Below are positions 1 to 13,226 of a stretch of DNA of 64,000 nucleotides, one piece after another (within the stretch, counting starts at the first letter, position 1; every line of letters begins with the position of its first letter). The stretch is taken from NCBI GenBank assembly GCA_965649825.1, contig OZ287706.1, positions 876,001 to 940,000 of the forward strand, given 5' to 3'. The stretch comes from Penicillus capitatus (taxonomy: Eukaryota > Plantae > Chlorophyta). The position numbers were made by a program, and so were the translations under genes. Below the pieces are notes generated by a model that worked only from the letters and a program-made list of their open reading frames with translations, ran no database searches and was not told where the DNA came from.

Positions 1-2196
1 TCAGTGTTGCCGCATGGGTGCCTTCCAACGAACCTTCGTGGCGCCCATTTCGCAAGTGGCATCAGCAGAAGCTCGACGTCTCGGAAGTCGCATGGGGCAC
101 CACCACACGGCGACATATGCTCGCCAGTTGCAGTCTGGACGGGACGATCATCATCTGGGATGTCGAACGGGGAGAGACCTGTCACATCATTACCGGCCAC
201 AAGAATATGGTCAAGGGCGTGGCATGGGATCCACTCGGTCAGTTCCTCGCGAGTCAGGCCGATGCCGAAGGAGTCTTCATTTGGCGGACCTCGGACTGGA
301 AGTGCATCCAACAGATCTCGGAGCCGTTCAAAGAGGCCGTCGATCTGTCGGATCACTTGAGACTGTCATGGTCGCCGAACGGGATGTATCTCACTGGCGT
401 CCAGGCGCACGTCCTGCCTCAGCCTTATGTCGCCGTCCTGAGTCGAGATCGATGGAATGTCGAGTTCTGTATTGTGGGCCACCGTTCGGGTGTGTCTATT
501 TCGAAATGGAATCCGCGTTTCTTTCACCCTCGTGGCAGCAAGGACGCGATGGAATCGGATTCGGCTAAGCTGGCGATGTGTCTATGCCTTGGCAGTCTGG
601 ATCGATCGTTTAGTCTGTGGCTGCAGACCGAGGAGCGTCCCATTCTCCATATGGACGGCTTCTTCGAGAATCGCATATCGGACATTGCATGGAGCGCCGA
701 TGGTTACACGTGTCTGGTTGCATCGCGAGACGGTTGTGTGGCGCTCTGTAACTTTACGGAGGAGGAATTGGGAGCGGCAGCCTCGCATCAAGTCTCCCCC
801 ATGGACGTTTTCCCATCTTCTTCCAAAATGCCGGTGGCTGAGAACCTCAACCTGTGGATGCTGGAACAGAACCGCGGTGCAGCTGCGCCTTCCGTGGAGC
901 CCCAGGAGAAGAGAGGACGATTGGAGGCAGAGCCTGGTGTTCCCGAAATGCAATCAAAGCGACAGAAGAAAGTGAGTGGCAACGAGGTGCTCCTTTCGCG
1001 CATGACCCTTGAATCCACACCGCCCCCTCCGCTAAGACTTGCCTCGAAGCCGACATCTGTGCAGCAGCTGCCGAAGGAGAGCCTTCGCGGGAAGGAGAGA
1101 CGAAACAAGACGTCGTTTCTGCATTTCTGTGGCAGAAGGGAGATGCCAGATGGATCGTCGTCGGATGTTCAGCTGGCTGTGGAGAATGCCATGAGCAACA
1201 AACAGTGCACCATTGTGTGCACCGAGGGATCGAATGAAGTGTGGAGAGATGAGATTTCAGACAGAGCAGTGGCCGTCGCTGGAAATCTGAAATTCAGCGT
1301 CGTTGCGACAAACGCTTCGTCTCTTCATGTCGTGTGCTCGTCGTCTATAGGACGTTCTGCTCAATGAGATGCTGTTGTAGGTGTTTGACGAGGTGGGCAT
1401 GTATCTGATACCTTCTTTGCAGCTTCCTTCGTCCATCTCACTCCTACAGGCCGATGACGAATGGCGTCTTATGGCGTTGACCAAGTGTGGAGAGCTGAGT
1501 CTCTGGCATCTACAGACAAGGCGCCTTGTCTGTCGCGCCTCTGTCTGCTCGCTCTGCAAGGAAGCCCAACGTGGGGTCTTTTCTTAGCATCCTTCACCGA
1601 ATGCAGGTGTTTGTGTGTGCAGTGTCAACCATCCACTTTAGCTCCAACTCCTTGCCAATTGCCGTGCTTTCGGACGGGCATGCTTATCTCTACAATACTT
1701 CCCTCGAAGCATGGACCCTCATTTCAGATCCATCACAGAGACAGACCGGTCATCAAGCAGCGCAGATGGATACAGGTAAGCCATCACAGTGATCATTCTC
1801 AAAGACAGCGAACGATTTGTTTGTCGACTAGATGAGACGAGCGATATTGAACTCGATGCATTATCCTTGCATGCCAGTCAGGCAGATGTGAAGCATCATC
1901 TGGAACAGGGAATCATGAACGCGATCGAGCTGCAGTCCCCAACAGACTATCGCAAGTGGACGCTGGCTTACGTCCGTTTCCTGATCTCTCGTGCCACACG
2001 ATGCCATTCCGTCACCAAGGACGAGGAGACGAAGCTCCGAAAGATCTGCATGGATCTACTGCAGGGACGAAACGGAGAGATGCTGGGAGGGGAGCCCGTC
2101 TCTTTTCTCCGTCAAGACATCCTCCCAGAGATCATGCGATCGCGCGATCTACAGCGACTGGCCGAAGAGATCTGGGACTGGATAGAACGTCTGTAA
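1..2196 (+). CDS. HIRA: Histone chaperone HIRA (WD40 repeats plus Hira C-terminal domain), 5' end outside window, multi-exon
   Basis: WD40 repeats GHKNMVKGVAWDPLGQFLASQAD, SWSPNG, DIAWSADG; C-terminal HLEQGIMNAIELQSPTDYRKWTLAYVRFL matches the Hira domain; short introns (e.g. 1329-1380). Confidence 0.9.
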
Positions 2197-2327
2197 ACCC
2201 CTCCTGCATAGATTTCAAACACTCTCGTCTGTTCAAAAAACATCACCCGCAAACACCCGCACAGCAAAGTGCTTATAAACCCATCCATCTCTCAATCAAA
2301 AAAATGCGCACGTAATGGATCGAAAAC

Positions 2328-3593
2328 TTAGAGGTCGTAAACGATCTCGACCATGTGTCCGGTGTATCCGCGTGAGTAACACGCAATTGTCGTTCCTCCT
2401 GTCACCACGCATGATGGCTTTTCGATCATGGCATAGGAAGAGGAGAACCAGTCCGACCAAGAATTGTCGACGAACGACTTGCGCATGAGAGTACGATCGA
2501 CACCGATCAGAAAACAGTGTATCGCCTCGTCTTCGATTGCAATACATTCCGGAGCGGACACGAAGCTGCCGCCGAGATCCTCCCATTCCTCCCACTCCTC
2601 TTCCACAAAGGCTCGGTGCATGAGCTGATTGCCGACGCCAAGGACGAAGATGTCGGCACGATCGTAGTCCCAGCTCGTCACGGAGATGCGATGCTTTCCC
2701 ATTCCACCCGCTCCCGGCTGCATTTTCCATTCTCCCCCGAAAACCCACATCTCATGCGCCACAGAGTTGTCGGATGCCAAGGCGAAACAGTCTTCGGCAT
2801 CGCCATCCCCGCGTTCGGTGCATGTCGGAGGTGATGACATACCCTCCAGCTGGAGCTTCTTTGGTGGTTCCCATTTGCCATAGCGCGAACGGTCCACATA
2901 CCAAAGCGAATTGTCCAATGCCCGATAGAAGCAGGTAACACCTCCGCTGGCACGCATAAAGACAGACGGCACTTCCAGTGCCATGGCATTCTCGATCGTC
3001 TCCCATTCCGTCCATTCACCGCCTCTGATCATTCTGGTCATCAAATGGTTCGACTGGTTCAAGGTCATGAGGGTGAATTTGTTGCTAGACTTGGCCACAG
3101 GAATCACTTCATCGCGTACTTTTCCTTTACTGTCGATTGAATTCTGCGGTGCACCGTCCTTTGTCTTCTTGTGGATAACCGTCTGCGTCTCATAGTTGAC
3201 GTAGAAGCAGTCCACTTGTCCTCTTTTGAAAGAAACACAGTTCGGCAGAGACGAGAGGAGATCGCCGGTGATGAGTTCACAGGATTTCACTGCCGGGTCT
3301 TTCGCCTCGTTGCTGAACGAGGCACGGGCATGATGAAGAGACGCGAGCGGAATCTTCTTCGGACGATGTTCAAGAGCGCAGGGGCAGCAGTTTTCGCGAG
3401 TGGCTCGACGATCCACCTCGGCTTCCTCCAAAACGCAAGGACAGCAGAACTCTCCGTTTTTCAAGGCCTTGGCGAGGAGGAGGTCGTTCCGTGTGACCGC
3501 TTCATGTTCGGTGTAGCCGAACGATACAACTGCAAAGAACAGAACGGCGCAGACACACGCCAGACACGGGCTGCAGATGAAGTTGGTACGCAT
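2328..3593 (-). CDS. Secreted beta-propeller lectin-like protein (PLL/fucose-lectin-type repeats), intronless
   Basis: N-terminal hydrophobic signal peptide; repeats such as SVTSWDYDRADIFVLGVGNQLMHRAFVEEEWEEWEDLGGSFVSAP resemble PLL-type blades. Confidence 0.65.
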   Translation of the reverse strand: MRTNFICSPCLACVCAVLFFAVVSFGYTEHEAVTRNDLLLAKALKNGEFCCPCVLEEAEVDRRATRENCCPCALEHRPKKIPLASLHHARASFSNEAKDPAVKSCELITGDLLSSLPNCVSFKRGQVDCFYVNYETQTVIHKKTKDGAPQNSIDSKGKVRDEVIPVAKSSNKFTLMTLNQSNHLMTRMIRGGEWTEWETIENAMALEVPSVFMRASGGVTCFYRALDNSLWYVDRSRYGKWEPPKKLQLEGMSSPPTCTERGDGDAEDCFALASDNSVAHEMWVFGGEWKMQPGAGGMGKHRISVTSWDYDRADIFVLGVGNQLMHRAFVEEEWEEWEDLGGSFVSAPECIAIEDEAIHCFLIGVDRTLMRKSFVDNSWSDWFSSSYAMIEKPSCVVTGGTTIACYSRGYTGHMVEIVYDL

Positions 3594-3973
3594 GGCTAAA
3601 AAGCACAGGTCCTCAGAAGAGCAGTTAACAAACGACGTATATATAGGCGGCTCCTTGCCTCTTTGGGATCAAGCGCGTCAAGCAACGGGCGTTTGTGGAC
3701 TGCAAAGGCATATCGGAACGAAGGGTCTTTCGCGTGGGCCACGTATTCATTATTGAATTGTACGCGTTTGATGGATTGGCCGATGGAGAAAGACCCAAAG
3801 AGGCGACGTTTAGGAAATGGCAGTCAGATGATCCGTTAGATCCAAAAGACGAGACGGGATCGGTACATGCAACAGGTTTTTTTTGAGACAAACCTCAACG
3901 AAATCAACTGCATTGACCTTCGGGCAGAGGCCTGTCCTCCACGACGTCACAGCATTTCGTCTTCTGGCTGTCG

Positions 3974-6937
3974 ATGGATGCAAATACCGTACGAAAGCCC
4001 TCGCGCAAGCGCGAAGCCGAGCCATCTGCGGGCCACGGTGGCAGTTGGTCCCGCTACTTCGACAACAAAAACGCCAAGTTCCGAAGGCAGTTTCGGAATG
4101 AAGAACTGGAACGGTTCCATCTCGGAGGACAGGAAAAGACATCGCTGTTCACCGGCATCACGATCTTCGTCAATGGACACACCGTGCCATCGCAACAGGA
4201 GCTCAGACATCTGATGGCTTTACATGGAGGAGGATTCGAGATCTACGACAACCGTCCTCCTGTCACACACCTCATCTGCAGTCAATTGCCACTCGCTAAG
4301 ATCCGCCAGCTCCGAAAAGAAAAGTGCCCGTGCTCTATCGTAAACGCCGTCTGACTGGGGGGATCGCATCGCTGCAGGAATTCGGTTCCGGTCGTGCGGC
4401 CGGAGTGGATCACTGCGTCGATCGATGCAGGAGAGGTGCTGCCCGTGGAGGACTTTGCCCTCGAGCAGATCCAGGATCCCCGGGATCGACGCCTCGATGC
4501 GTTTCTGATGAGCCATGACGATCCGCAAGAGGAAGCAGAGATGACAGTGGACATGCCTCCGGAGGGAGATGCCGAAAAAGAGACAGCCTATTTCAAGAAT
4601 GCTGATCTGACGCCGAGCGCTTTCATCCGTAGCTACTTTGAACATTCGAGGCTTCATTTCATCGGCACCTGGAAGCTGCGCATCGAAGGCTTCCTGCAAC
4701 AGCAGAGGAACCGGGGGCCCAAACCTGCCAAAACAGGTGCCTCTCGGAAACCCCGACCAAATGCTGCACGGCCTTATTGACAGGAGACAGACAGATCGTG
4801 CACATCGACATGGACTGTTTCTTCGCGTCCGTGGCTTTGCTGACGCGGCCGGAACTGAGAGACGTTCCTTTCGTGGTGTGCCATTCCAGCAACAGGAACG
4901 GCACAGCAGAGATCTCGTGTGCAAACTACCCGGCTCGTCGATTCGGAATTCGTGCTGGATCCTTCATCTCGTCTGCCCTGGAGAAGTGCCCGGCACTGAA
5001 AGTCGTCCCCTATCAGTTCCAGCAGTATCACGAAATTTCAGAACAGGCACTCAGAGCGCGTTCCGTTCGACAGTGCGACCGAACGGACGTCTGTTAGGTG
5101 TACGGAATTCTGTCGAGTTACAGTGCGCGTGTCGAGCCAGTATCGTGTGACGAAGCGTACCTTGATGTGACGGGACTGGGAGACCCTGAAGAGTTGGCAC
5201 GGCGCATCCGATGCGAGATCTACGACACGACGCGGTGCCCAGCCAGTGCCGGAATTGGACCGAACAAGCTCCTGGCCAAGATGGCGACGTCCAAGGCCAA
5301 ACCCGACGGGCAGTATCGCGTTCTGAGCGCCGAGATTTCGGCCTTCCTCTGCGAAGTCCCCCTTCACGACATTCCAGGCATTGCTGTCACATCGCGTGAT
5401 TCGCCTGTCGATGATCGAGCACCTAGGCATCGGATGGTCGCTGACAGAGAAGCTCCGAGCAGAAGGAATCGAAACGACGGCGCAGGTGATGGAGAGATCC
5501 GAGAAGTGGCTGATCGATGCGTTCGGCGAAAAGACAGGAAGGATGATGTGGAGAGCATCACATGGGATTGACGCAGCGGCCGTCCAACTGCCGAAGGTGT
5601 GAAGTCGTGGCGGCAGGATCGGCTCACGCGACGTGGGGTTCCTGGCAGACGCGCAAGTCCGTTTGCGCCGAATGCAACTGGGGTATCCGAATCCACAGGG
5701 TCGAAGATGTGCGGAGCTATCTACAGGAGATTCTGGCCGAAGTGCTGCACCGAATGTCTTTTCTGCGTCTCAAAGGACGATGCGTCTCGCTGAAGGTGCG
5801 TGACAAAACACCGAACGTTGTGGATGTATCGCGATGTGACAGGTGCGAGTACGACAGGAAGACGCGCCAGTGTGTCCGCGAAAGTTTCTGGGATGCGGAG
5901 CGTGTGACCATTACAGTCGCAGTCACACCTTGGATCAGTACACAGACCGTCCAGAGATTCTGTTGCAGCATGTCTGGCAGCTGTTTCTGCGCATGGAGAT
6001 TCCTGTCGCTGACATTCGAGGTCTCGGCATTGGGGTGAGCTGTGTTCACAGGGGGCAACGATGGTGTCGATTTTCTGTGCCGTTGTCAGATTTCGAAACT
6101 CGACAGCGAAAGAGATGCATCGCAGAGATTGTTGCCTGAGCTCAAGCCCGTCGACCAGGGCACGAAGTCGGATCTCCGACCTCAATTCGCCGTTCCGATC
6201 GATCGTGGAAAGAAGCGGAAAGCAAAGTCGAAGGGCAGCAGATCGCGTGCTCCGATCGTTCTGCGCTCCGTCAGAGTCGTTCAACCAGATGGTCTTGTCC
6301 TGGCCGATGTCTGACGTCTTGTCCCGACGTCGTTCTTATCGTGCGTGATTTGAGTAGGTGGATGAGAGTGTGCTGGAAGCTTTGCCGGTCGAGTTGAGAC
6401 GGGAGATCATTGAGACGATCCCACTGGAACGTAACAATCTCTTTGTGGCGGGTAACGACACGCGGGACACGAAGAGACAGAAGACGGTGACGGAGGCGGC
6501 GGAGAGCAAGAAGCATCCTGTCATTTCAAGTCGCGTCACCTGAGGGATGCCGATCTCCGTGAGTCCGAGCGCTTGTAGATGTCGCATCGATCGAAGAACT
6601 GATCTGCCGCGGGTGTGAATCGCGAATTCCATCTTTCGTCGCCGCCAAGCTGGTCGCATGGCTCAAAGAAAGGGACGAAGTTCTGAAATGGCCGCCTGAA
6701 CGCGTAAAAGGGAAGACAGATTCTGCGTCGGACATGCTCTGTCGAGTGAAGGAATGGATTGACGGCGTTGACGAGATGCAGATGGGAATCGCGAGCTTAA
6801 CGCTGAAAGCGATTCGCAGAGTCGGCGATCGATATCCTGTTTCCTTTGGTACCTGCTGTCGAGACTTCGTCCGATCGATTCAAGACGACATCCGTCAGAA
6901 GTTTAACTACGAATTAGATCTGGATGTCTTTATGTGA
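3974..6937 (+). CDS. REV1: Y-family translesion polymerase REV1 (BRCT, IMS domain, ubiquitin-binding motif, C-terminal domain); start uncertain
   Basis: BRCT FTGITIFVNGHTVPSQQELR; HSRLHFIGTW; VHIDMDCFFASV; SCDEAYLD; SAGIGPNKLLAKMAT; UBM DESVLEALPVELRREI. Confidence 0.93.
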
Positions 6938-7749
6938 TAAACGAACAGGTTATGCAATGAAAAGATAACATTCTCTTAGCGAAGCGGCTGTGCGATTATC
7001 ATGATCGACGATCGATATCTTTCGTCACAGATGCGGTTTTCGCGCAATCGAACAATGATTCGATCTTCCGATTGCCGCATCTTTTTAGATAAAGGATCGC
7101 GAAGAACGACCGGAGCTTTGAACCATGGCAGTTCAGTAGAGATCATTCGATTAGAAGTAACGCTTTTGATAAATACACGAAATCGTCGACGCAAATCCCA
7201 GAAGAAGAAGCCATTGCCTTATCATCAACTGTCGGTGATCTTACTTGGAACTTGTTATGTCGATCGCATGATTGGATCTGATGGATTCCCCGATCGCTAC
7301 GATCTAGAACGCTCCTTTACGTATTGAACGATGTTCGCTAGGGTATTCCAGCTGTTTTAACAAAACGATGATGGGAGAAAGCTTACCCGTCACAAGTTTC
7401 ATTCCACACGCGTCAGGACGATGATCGGAGATAAGCAGACGTTTATACTCACCTTTCGTGTCCAAGTCGGAGACAAATGAAATCGTCATGCGATTTTCGA
7501 GACGCTCAGACAATATCCAGATAAGCAAGTCCCTGATGAGACAGAGATTATGCATCGTGACGATTAGCGCGTGCGAATAAGACCCAGATAACCGAGCCAT
7601 TGTCAGATCGATGAAACCGTGTTCCTATTCGTCCGAGGAAATGATGTCTTGAATACGGACACCAACGGCCACCGAGCGTTAATCAGCAAGATCTTTCGAA
7701 CAGGTACTGCACGAAGTGACACTTCGTCCTGGAACAGCACAGAAGATGT

Positions 7750-8627
7750 TCATGGAGTCAATAGCTGGATGAGAGATGTTCGAGTGTCATCTGAGCAATC
7801 ACGATCAGGTGCAGCGCAAACAAAATCTCGAGGGATTTGTCCATACACCGTCCGGCGTGCGATCGCCGCACCCGCAGCAATTAGATCCTGAGACAAAGAG
7901 TAACTTTTCACGCACAAGAGACAACTCACTTACCTTTGCAATGATTAGACGGCCGTTGTACGATGCAACGTGAAGCGGAGTCCATCCATCATTGCCGGCG
8001 CGGTTGACGTCTGCTCCATGGTGAATGAGTGCTTGAATAACCATGTGAAATCAAGGCAGCGCGGATCAAAAATGGGGTCTACTCGCGCAATCTTTATATG
8101 TCCGAGGTGTGTTGCTAGAAAGAGGGGTGTGTATCCGTAGTTGTCAACAACCTCAACATACGCTCCATGATCGATCAGAGCCTACGAATACCGAGAATGA
8201 TAGAAAAAATGTGGAGAATCGGTGTCTACTGCAGCGACTGTCGTGAGGCCAAATTCTACTGCCAGAAGGAGCGGAGTGTATCCATCTCTATCGACGTCAT
8301 TGACAGTTGCCCCATGATCGATGAGAGCCTGTGGAATGAGTGAACAACAGAATGTGTATGAATCGTTCAGACGGACCAGTGCGATTGCTGCCTGACTGCT
8401 TCCCACTGCCAAAAGAAGTGGAGTGTACCCATTCTTATCAGCAACATTAACATTTGCCTCGTGATCGATCAGTGCCTATAGAACAGATAAACAATAGAAC
8501 GTGCGTCTACGGGAGCATGTAAACGGACCAGTGCGATTGCTGTCTCACTGCTTCTCACCGCCAAAAGGAGCAATGCCAATCCATTTCTATCGACGTCATT
8601 GACATTCGCTCCGTGATTCATGAGAGC
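7750..8627 (-). CDS. 3' part of ankyrin-repeat gene (five ~99-bp repeat exons plus terminal exon)
   Basis: Exons ALMNHGANVNDVDRNG, ALIDHEANVNVADKNGYTPLLLA, ALIDHGATVNDVDRDGYTPLLLA, ALIHHGADVNRAGNDGWTPLHVA; stop TGA at 7750-7752. Confidence 0.85.
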
Positions 8628-11555
8628 CTAAGGGAGCAAGCGGTAAGGTACACGCTTGTTTTTCAGCAGGCACATGACGACACGCAAGAACCGCAGACGA
8701 AACGTTTGGTACTAGTGAAAGCAAACTGGAATGACGAAACTCTTCGAGAGAGACTGAAAGAAAGACAATCACCTTCACCACCACTGCAAGTCACGGAATC
8801 AATTGAACGGGAGTTATTCCCGTTTAAGCAAAGCGGCTGGATTGTCTTCATGGCGGGGAGGAGTTTTGTGTTGGGACCCGTTCGGAGCCGACGGATCATC
8901 CTACCCTTCATATTTGCCGAGTCAACAGAATGGGCATCATTTTTTGACTGCACTCATAACAAGAATATCTTCTGCAAGGTCAAGCTGCACGCACATGGTA
9001 AGATCAGCGTGGTAATCTTCAACCAATCAGATACCCCACAACACGTCACCAGCAAGATGCGACTGTGTTGTGCTAAAGGTAACATTGATTCCATCGCCGA
9101 CGTCGACGGAATGGAATACCCGCTGAGAGTGAAGACCAAGCGTGTTAACAATGTTAGCGTCCTTACACCACTAGGCAAGGATGTTACAGTGGCTCGGCTG
9201 AGAGAAGAATTCCCGCTGGTTTTTTAGGACACCATTCGCCCGACGACCAGTAGGCTGTGGGACCTCAGGGTACGACAGAGATCTTTGTTGGCAAGGCGAG
9301 CCTAAGCCATGCTAGAGGGAGAACTACGTCTCAGATCTCACCAACGAAGAGATCTCAAAAGAGATCGATTCGCCACACAAGGAAGGTGTTATACGACCGT
9401 TGTCTGTGGCTGAGGCAATACACGCTGTCGTTAGCACCTTTAAACTTCATACGCAAACCGAATGGCAAGATCCGGCCCACCATTGACTTCCGCGACATCA
9501 ACACGTACCTGAAGGGAACGCAAGAGGGACCTTTATTCCGGTGTCCCACATCATCCAAAAGGTGGATCCCAAGTGGACCGTATACACCATCGTGGACATT
9601 GTCCACGGCTACGGATCCATCCCAATCGACGACGAGATTTCGCTTTTCTTTGCACTACATTGGAACGGCGTGACGTACGGCTTTCGGAGACTGCCGCAAG
9701 GCGTCAACGTCAGTCCAGAATTTTTTAATAACCGCATAACCCACATCCTACAAGGGTTGGATGTGATCCGATACTTCGACGGCATACTTATCGACGGCGA
9801 AACGGAGGAGGAACTCCTCAACAAGACTAAGCTTTTATTTAAACGTTTCGACGAATATGGCCTGACGATCAACTGTCAAAAGTGTGACTGGTTTGAAACA
9901 TCGGTAAGCTTTCTGGGTACCGAAATCAGTGGTGGGACGTTAAACCTCTACCACAGGGCTCAGGCTATACTCCAGAAGCTGCCAACTATCACATCACGTC
10001 ACGACGTACAAAAAGCCATGGGTCTGTGCCAGCAACTGGCACAGTACTGTTACAAATACGACGCGATCATCACGCAACTCAAGCCATTCCTGAAACGCGA
10101 ACACAATGACTACACCAAAGCTGACGAGATCTACAAAGACGCAGCTCAAACTCTATGCCTCAATACGTACCGACTGACGTTGGAAAGAAGGGGGCCATTC
10201 CATCTGTATACGGATTGGTGTGGTAACCCACTCAACCAGTTCGGATACGTATTGCTTAACTCGACCTTGCAACCTGTTCTCTTTGGCTCATTCACGACGA
10301 AACAGAGGGTCGGAAGTTTTCTGGGGGACTGATGGGGATAGTGCGGGCCTTGAAGGCATGTTACTTTGTGATCAAGCAGACGGAGGTATTCGTTTACTCC
10401 GACAACATGGCTACGGTCAATTGGCTCAAGGAGCCGACATTCCTGCACAAGTTCAAGGACCTCCGGATCCAGAGACAACATTGCTGGCTCCGGCACCACT
10501 TTTCCCACCATCGTCTCCACTTCTGTTTTGTAGAGGGGAAGGACAACGTGATTGCGGACCTTCTCAGCCGATGGAGGGACAACGCACCTGTCGAATTCCA
10601 CACCAAGAAGAAGCAACAGGGATATCAAGTGAACGCCGTATCCTACGCTCCGGAAGAACGGACCGAGCTCATCAAGAAAGCTCATGCAGGCCACTTCGGG
10701 GTAAGGACGACATTCCTGAACCTGCGGTCCGACGGAACCCGCTGGACGAACGACTTCAATGACGTGCGAGATTACGTCAATAACTGCGAGACGTGCCAAA
10801 TGTTTCGCAACCCACGGTCGGAGGTGGACTTGGGTATAATTGACAGTCCATCCCCGAACCACACACTGTGTCTAGACTTCATAGGACCGCTGAACCGTGG
10901 CAGCCACGGGTTTCGGTATATCGCTACCGGGATCGACGCTTTCACTAAGTTCGGCATGGGGCGCCCATGTAAGATGTGCTCGGCAGCACAGGCTATTAAG
11001 CTGGTACTCGAATGGGCACGAAACTTTGGGGCTCCACGAAGGATTCTATGCGACAACGGAAGCGCCTTCATTGCCAGGAGCTTCGAGAGTACCTGCGCAC
11101 AGCACGGAATAGACATTCTACACACCCCAACCTATTCCCACAAAAGCGCGGGCACTGTCGAGGCGTTCAACCGAAACCTCGTAAATCGACTTCGGAGGAT
11201 ATGGGCGGAAAAAGGGGGTGATTGGACGACACATGTGAGCACGAGCGTACATGAGATCAACCGAACGATCCATAGTACGACTCTGTTCTGTCCACAATAC
11301 CTTCTAACTGGCACACAACGAAACGGCACGATAACCAGTCCACAACATCTAGACACCGACCGAGGGCTAGCGTATCAACGAATAATTAAGGCACACCAGC
11401 AAAATAAGACAAGACACCACAAGAAAGTCAAGATCCGTCCCATTGAAGTGGGAGCGGAGGTCTCGTGGTACAACTCGAAGTTGGCCGACCGCCTCGACTC
11501 CAAACTCTACTCCAAATGGGTCTATCCTTGTGTGGTAGTGAAGGAACATAGTGAC

Positions 11556-11802
11556 TGTCGCCGAGCGATGTGACACTGCCTTGTTTTGTGAGGGTCAACC
11601 GTGCGAGGGGGTGCTGCCTGTCTTGTCAACGGCGTCTTGGGACGCCTTTCTCTGGCCCTGAGCACGAGCTGACTCACCTTTCTAGAAGGGTTACGTCAGC
11701 AGGCGACTATATAATGCAGAACCTGAACGTTGTTTCGCCTTGCTCCGAACACTGTAACAAGACTTCCGCTGTTATCGTTTAGTTCGGCGCCTCCGCGCGA
11801 CA
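11556..11802 (+). repeat. 5' LTR of element G
   Basis: Direct repeat of 13227-13473; TG...CA ends; TATA-like TATATAA; TGACTCA motif. Confidence 0.95.
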
Positions 11803-11958
11803 TGGTTTCGGAGCGTTGTTAAACGTTCCTCAGTTTGATCTCCGTCTAAGTGACGTTGCGTGTTTGCTGTGTGCATTACGCGCCTTTCTGAGTGGAAGTC
11901 GAGTCCTGTCTAGACACGTCTAGACGCACCTAGGAAATTCAAGGAAGCAGTAGCAAGG

Positions 11959-13161
11959 ATGAGTCAAGTACGACGAGAGAGAAGAACGGAGCAAGGTCAC
12001 GTAGAAGAGGGGTTTTACAATGCCACAGTTGTCGGGCCGAACCTGCTCAGTTGGCTTCATGAAGACGAGGGTTTATACCCGGAAGGACTTACCTTTCGCA
12101 GGGTACAGACGTGGCGTCGGGGTTACTCCGTCGACGTGCTCAAGGAAAGATACTTGTTGGAGGCGACGGAGCTGTGCGCTTTCTTCCGCTACATCTGTCC
12201 GAGGCTTCAAGAGAGACGGGACCTGCGAGGGGAGAACGAACACCTACGACGGCAGTTGGAGGGTGAGCGGCACAAGGCCTCCGAGGCGGCGAGAAGATTG
12301 CGCGAGGGAAAGGAGAAGATATACCAAAGGGCGACGACCCTTGACGCAGAGAAGGAGCAGCTGCGACAGCAGCTGCAGAGCGAACGACTGACCGCGTCTG
12401 AAGCACGGAAAGCATGTGCCGACGCAGCCCGGGAGAGCGAACGGTGGAAAGGGCTCCACGACGAGCTATACCGGGAGTTTGAGCAGGGACTGCAACAAAA
12501 CGCCTTGGCTGCGCAAGCATGGGAAGAAGTGAATGTGAAGAACGAACGGTTATCGGGGGCGAATGCGAGGCTGCAACAGGATCTTGCCGAGGCGCAGCAA
12601 GGCAGCGTCAAGGCACAGCAAGATGCAAACGAGGCACGCGTGGAAGCCTCCTCTCTCCATGAGAAGCTTAGAGAGACTGACGCCGCCTTCACAGAGGCGA
12701 AGAAAAAGTTTATTTCGGCACCTGATTTGGTGCCATGTCTACAGTCTTTGGCCGCCGAGGTGAAGACTCTGCAGGAAACCGTACGGACGAACGGCGAAAG
12801 GACGGCTGAGTTGATGACGACAAGACCGGCAGAAGGACGGAGAACCGTGAAGACGTTGCATCAGATGAAGCGCGTTTTGCACGACATTGGGCGGTTCCCG
12901 CGCCGACGACGGGCGAGAGCAACCGACGCGGCAGATGATGGCGGAGGTGCCATCAAGCGCGGTCGGATATGTTATGTGTGCCGATGCAAGGGGCATCTGG
13001 CCAAGGACTGTCCGCAAGCGCGGGTTAATGCGGTCGAGTCAGTGGATCCGACGATATCGGATGCGCAGCAGAGAGCGGGGGAACCAAACACAGAAGCATC
13101 ATCATCTTCGGGATGGACCATTTTCTCGGCGCTGCGACGATTCACCTCGGGCATAGACTGA
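11959..13161 (+). CDS. Gag-like protein of element G: long coiled coil plus CCHC zinc knuckle
   Basis: 400-aa uninterrupted ORF; ~200-aa helical E/A/R/Q-rich segment; CYVCRCKGHLAKDC knuckle. Confidence 0.85.
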   Translation: MSQVRRERRTEQGHVEEGFYNATVVGPNLLSWLHEDEGLYPEGLTFRRVQTWRRGYSVDVLKERYLLEATELCAFFRYICPRLQERRDLRGENEHLRRQLEGERHKASEAARRLREGKEKIYQRATTLDAEKEQLRQQLQSERLTASEARKACADAARESERWKGLHDELYREFEQGLQQNALAAQAWEEVNVKNERLSGANARLQQDLAEAQQGSVKAQQDANEARVEASSLHEKLRETDAAFTEAKKKFISAPDLVPCLQSLAAEVKTLQETVRTNGERTAELMTTRPAEGRRTVKTLHQMKRVLHDIGRFPRRRRARATDAADDGGGAIKRGRICYVCRCKGHLAKDCPQARVNAVESVDPTISDAQQRAGEPNTEASSSSGWTIFSALRRFTSGID

Positions 13162-13226
13162 TTTCATTCTGTTGTTTTCGTGGGGGCTTGCTTGCGTTTT
13201 TTTTCGGAGTTTGGCGGGAAGCGTGG

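Noticed and set aside
3693-3970. Novel N-terminal domain on REV1
   Set aside because: No in-frame ATG or clear splice path to the BRCT exon; no motif recognised
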